A stretch of 64,000 nucleotides of DNA, taken from NCBI RefSeq assembly GCF_009914755.1, contig NC_060927.1. One strand, written 5' to 3'. This DNA comes from the human T2T-CHM13v2.0 reference genome, Homo sapiens. A program made the position numbers and the translations under genes. Below the pieces are notes generated by a model, which was given only the letters and a program-made list of their open reading frames with translations, searched no databases and was not told the origin of the DNA. How positions within the stretch are numbered: the first letter of the stretch is position 1; each line of letters starts with the position of its first letter. Below are positions 58,926-64,000 of the stretch, piece after piece.

Positions 58926-61900
58926 TAAGTGCTACTTTCTAGGTAGTAGGTACATTATCAGTCTGTGTGGAGACAGCCTTCTTATGGATAGCTAATAGGA
59001 TAATATGTAGTATTTTCTTAACCAGATCCTATTCCACTGTAATTAACATTAGACCTTTCCCTTTACCCCCATTGAAGGTGGTGGAAAAAAGGAATTAGAA
59101 GGGGAAGGAAGAGTTTTCAGAGGGGTATTTCTGGGCAAATAATTAATAGAACCAAAGTTGCAAAGTAGGAATTCATTTTCATTTGTTTTAATGGGTGGAG
59201 AAAATTGGAATAAAGTAGGTGTTACTACCTGCTTCTGTAGAGTTAATGATTCTGATGGAGGGAGATAAGAAGGTGTTCTTTCCAACTGATTTTCCTTGAA
59301 GTCCTCTTCCTATGTACTTCCCATTGTTCTAGAGTAAAGGGGCCGAAACTATATGGGCAGGTTGCCTAGACCTTCTGACATCTGGGGTAGAAAACATGGA
59401 GAACAGCGTCATCTGTTTTTTTATAATATTCGTTGCCTAGAAAGAGGACCTTCAAAATCAGTGGTACCAAACTTTTTTTTCAGCTAAGAGCAGCTTTAGG
59501 AATTCAGAGTTTGTCCAAAGGCCCAATCCCTAAAATTATACTCTCAATTCTTGAAGAATGTAAATGCCAAATGACAATGAAGGTAGGCCTTCATTATACA
59601 ACTTTATATATATTATTCACAGTTTTAAAATTTTTAGTCTTTTGTATCCCTTCTCTTTTAAGTTGTCCGAGATTCCCCCTGCTCACAGATTCCCCCTCTT
59701 GTCCTTTTACCTCCCTTGTACCCAATCTTCCTTGCTTACAGAAAGGAAGTGGAAGCCCCCTACCTTTCAAGACGAAGTGGCACTACACCAGGATGTGAAA
59801 GTCCAGCGAAAGAGACCCAAGGGGCCTAGGGGGCAGCACACCCCCAGAAGCCAAGTCTATTCCAGGCAGTACCAGGGATTAGGGTCTGGGCTGGAAAAAT
59901 CCTGGTGTTTTGAATATGTTCAGGTCCAGTTCAGACTCTTGATCCCACAGCCACTTCTTGAGTGAGGTGGGTGTTGCTCTAATTCCCCTGTTTCTCTTGC
60001 CATTTTCACAGTCCCTGGGGATTCTTCCCCCTTCAGCAAAGCAAAGCAACTGTACCAGATTTCTGGGTTGAATGACATCCCTGATTAATAAGTGGTTTTC
60101 TTCCTTAAAACAGAATATTATTAAAGAGCATGTATATTTCTTCATAAAGCCACCTAATATAACTTACCTGTTTACTGAGTTCCTTAAAGAGGAAGACTTA
60201 AAGCTACCCTGAGAAATAGTATATAATATTCTGGGGTAGTCTAAAATGAAAAGCAGTGTTTGGGCTTATTCCCATATAAAAAGGAGAAAGGAGGGTTGGG
60301 GGTGGGGAAGGGTTGATTTTGTTTCTTCTAGAGCTTTTTTCTTCTTTTGTTTTTGTTTGTTTTGTTTTGTTTGCATGCAAAAGGTATTTAGTTATGTCAG
60401 TAACTGAGACTTACTTAACCATTTTACAACTCTTTCCCCAAATAAAGTACTTAAAACTCTCCCTGCATTAGTAGGTAGCCAGTTTGTATTGTGTTTATAG
60501 GTTTTTATAAAGTCAGCTACTAACCTGGTACTATGTAGATTGTCTAACTGTATAGATAGATAGCATTAACATTTGTGAGAAATTTCAACAAAGAGGTTAA
60601 ACCAATACGTTTGGAATTGCTGGATAAAAGACCCAGAGCAGTTAATCTTACAATTGGTGTTTTCCCCAAAGTATAGACATGACTGCCCGTAAATACTGCT
60701 GGGGAGTCTAGGACTAATTCCAGAAATAAAAATACTTCTGGTCTACAAATGTGACTGCGCTGTCTCTGTTAACACCAACATATCCTAGGATTTCCTGAAA
60801 CATTTTCATTCATGATCTCCAGACAGATTTGTGATACTGTGGTCATAACTAGCTACATAGTTATGCATTTCTGCAAAGGGAAAGAATGTCAGTAACTAGC
60901 TACATACCATTCTGTTAAATTATTAATGATATTTATTAATGTTTCATCATGCCTATTTCGCTGTTCTGGGCACTTTAAGATTAAACCTGGTATTAAGTGC
61001 AGCATACTCAACTAGATGTAGACTTCACTTCATAGAATTTTAAATCTGATGGCAACTATATGCAATACGCATTTATTTTTGTGTGTGTTTGTAGGAAAAT
61101 TTGTAGATGTAACAAGCAAAACAAAGATTTTTCTGAATTTCCAACTCTACCATAACAGAATTTCAGGCATTTTCCAAGAAATGGCATGATAGCAGCTGGG
61201 TTGCATGTTGTACTTAGAACACTGTTGATGGAGTATATCTGTTGTGAGCCTGGTTTCTGTGTATGTGTCCAATTCAGTGATAGGAGAAGAAAGCCTGTAA
61301 TTACATTTGCATAAAGTGGTTGGCTGCTAAAGAGATGTAATTCCATTATTCCAAACTTTTAATTCATATTTTAAAATATAAAAACTAGTATATATATCAA
61401 GGAATATTTTAGGAAATCTTGTAGTTACCTGTAAGTGTCTAACTGTGTATTCAATCAGTAACCAATATGGAAATTGCAGAGTTTCTTCATCAGAAGATAT
61501 GAGTTTAAATTTTATATTTGGCATGCACAGCAATATATTAAATGCTGTGCTTAACTAGAAAGTATTGTGCAGTGTGATGGCCTTTTAACCTCCACAATAT
61601 ACATTTTATTTTTATTCCCTAGACTTGCACATGAAGTGCATATGTTCATATTTACCCGTTTGGAGATGGGTAAGATACAACCAGCATAGCTCCATCTCCA
61701 TGGCCATCTTTGATTTCATGCAACTTTCCTTTTTCCTGTCCCCCTCCCACCAAAAAAAAATCCATTCCTAATAAACAGCTATCATGTTTCACTCCATGTG
61801 TTCAGTGGTACAAAACCTATATAAAATATGTACAGCTCTTTGGAATACTTGTTTATCTAGTAATGTACCTAGTAAATTAACAATGTTGTATAAATTTATT

Positions 61901-62837
61901 ACTTTCTTTTAACTGTCCATCATAGAAACTAAATTATACCTTCATTTTATTAATGCTTGTCTGCCTTTGGTTTCATTTAGGAAACCCCACCTGTTTCCTA
62001 ATACTCAGAGATGATTGCCTCTCAGTGAGCCATGTTCAGATCATCTTTTTCTCAAGAATACTGACCTGCATTCTTGATGTACCCCTCCCCCGTTCCCATC
62101 TTGCAGACACTTTTAAGTAATAAAATGCATGCACCTCACTAACAGAGAATACTTTCCTCTGTCTAAAGTTCTTCACTTAGAAATTTCCTTTGCTGTTATT
62201 AATAAGATCCTTTCTCACAGTTTTGGAGCATATAACTGGGTGAGTTGGATACATATCTCAGAATTTTCTTTGATCCCTCACTTCTCAATTGACATTGCAC
62301 CACATTGAACTGCACACTTATTCCTGCTGTACTATATATTGTATATCTTTAAGCAGGAAAAAATGACTTGTTATTTCAAGCGAACAATATGCATTATTTG
62401 ACTCCCTGAAAGACCCATTAATCTCTAAGTTAGAGTTATACCAATCATCGGAGTTTCTAATTTGTGAATCTGTGTTCTAATTAATATAAATTACAAATTA
62501 CTATTCTATTCTGCAAAGCCATACAAACTTTATATTTTTGAATTACCCTTCAGTATTCCCTAAAACCTAACCAGGTAACAATCAGAGTTGAAGTTCTTTC
62601 TTCCCATAAACCTGATTTTTATCCTTTGCCATCAAAGCCTTTTTATTGTAAAGGCTTATATTAATTTTCTAAGTTTGAATACATGTATAATTCTACAATA
62701 ATACATTGCGCTTGAATAGTTTATTTTCTACTCACAAAGGGTACAAAAAGATACTAAACCAAGCTTCTCACTAAGCCTGGTTAATAAAGGTCTCAAATAA
62801 TTTTCTTTAAAGGACTGAATGTCATTCTCATTTCTGT

Positions 62838-63065
62838 AGTGGAAAGAGCATAGACTTTGGAGTCAGACAGACTTTGTTTCAAATCTTAGCTGTGTCAGTG
62901 TGTAACCTTGGGGAAGTCATGTAATCTCACCACCACATCTTCCCACTCTGTAAAAATGGAGTATATACCATGTTTAGTGGTTGCTGAAATTAAATGAATT
63001 AATATGTATTTAAAGCACCTAACAAATATTGGGCAGTTCACAATGGTAGCCATTACTGTTGTTAT
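62838..63065 (+). mobile_element. MIR SINE
   Basis: gtggaaagagcatagactttggagtcagacag..ttcaaatc..accttggggaagtca..ctgtaaaaatgg. Confidence 0.75.
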
Positions 63066-63709
63066 TATTTGTCAGTAGACTAACATAACTTTACAGTTTA
63101 GTTTTTATTTTGAAGTTCTATGGTATTATCATGCAGCTGATAAATAATTTTGTCCTTAATATGCTTGCATGTCATTGGTGGATGAGAAATTATTACTCTA
63201 ATATTTGAAAGGTGTTGGGGGTTCATCAAGATGAGAGGTATGATAAATATAAGATGCCATTGTTTTTACCTGTACTTTCTTCAGGGTATCCTGTCTTGGT
63301 AGTGAATGGAAGAGGGCCTGGTCCCTGGGGCAGTGCAGAAGGCACTTTGATCATCTCACTCACTGCAAATGTCATGTGAGGTTTCATGGAAGTATTAAGA
63401 GATCCAATTAAGAAGAATAGTTCTGAGTCTAAACCAGCCCAGAGTGGCTTCTCTAGGGGAAACTCCCCGCTCAGCTGGTACGTTTGTGTTTGTCATTAGG
63501 GACACCTTGTATCTCAGGTGCCTGCCTTCAGACATCTGCCTGTACTGGCTTCATGTTACACACAAATCCACATTTAATAACACTCCTACTGTTATTTATA
63601 GGCTTAGTTATGTTAATAAGATTGTTTCACCGAGTTCTTTCTCTTATCCTAGTGGCTAGTGGTTGTGGAAAGAGGAGGGGTTAGAATGGGAAATGAAGTG
63701 TTAGTTTAA

Positions 63710-63961
<252 letters not shown>

Positions 63962-64000
63962 TGACGAAGTTGCCCCTTTTGCACTTCCCTGACTCCAGCG

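Overview
Human (or near-identical great-ape) genomic DNA from chr3p25.3. The + strand carries the 3' part of THUMPD3, a tRNA m2G methyltransferase: seven coding exons from 1007 to 14627 and a 3'UTR to about 16730. A CpG-island bidirectional promoter (~26.1-28.5 kb) drives the antisense lncRNA THUMPD3-AS1/SETD5-AS1, the human counterpart of mouse ROSA26, on the - strand and SETD5 on the + strand. SETD5 has non-coding exons 1-2 and coding exons 3-4, and continues past the window end. Introns hold more than 30 Alu elements, several DNA-transposon fossils (MER2, Tigger1/3, Charlie1, MER30, MER5A), MIR/L2/L1/CR1 remnants and a tailless 7SL fragment. The most notable unexplained signals are: (i) a stack of candidate SETD5 dosage-control elements (CCG repeat, uORFs, two PTC-bearing cassette exons, one of which also encodes an in-frame alternative N-terminus, and a UG-flanked cryptic exon); and (ii) a decayed, apparently spliced coding-like segment on the antisense strand of SETD5 intron 1 (52.65-53.36 kb). 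Exon numbers and repeat subfamily names are from memory, not from a search.
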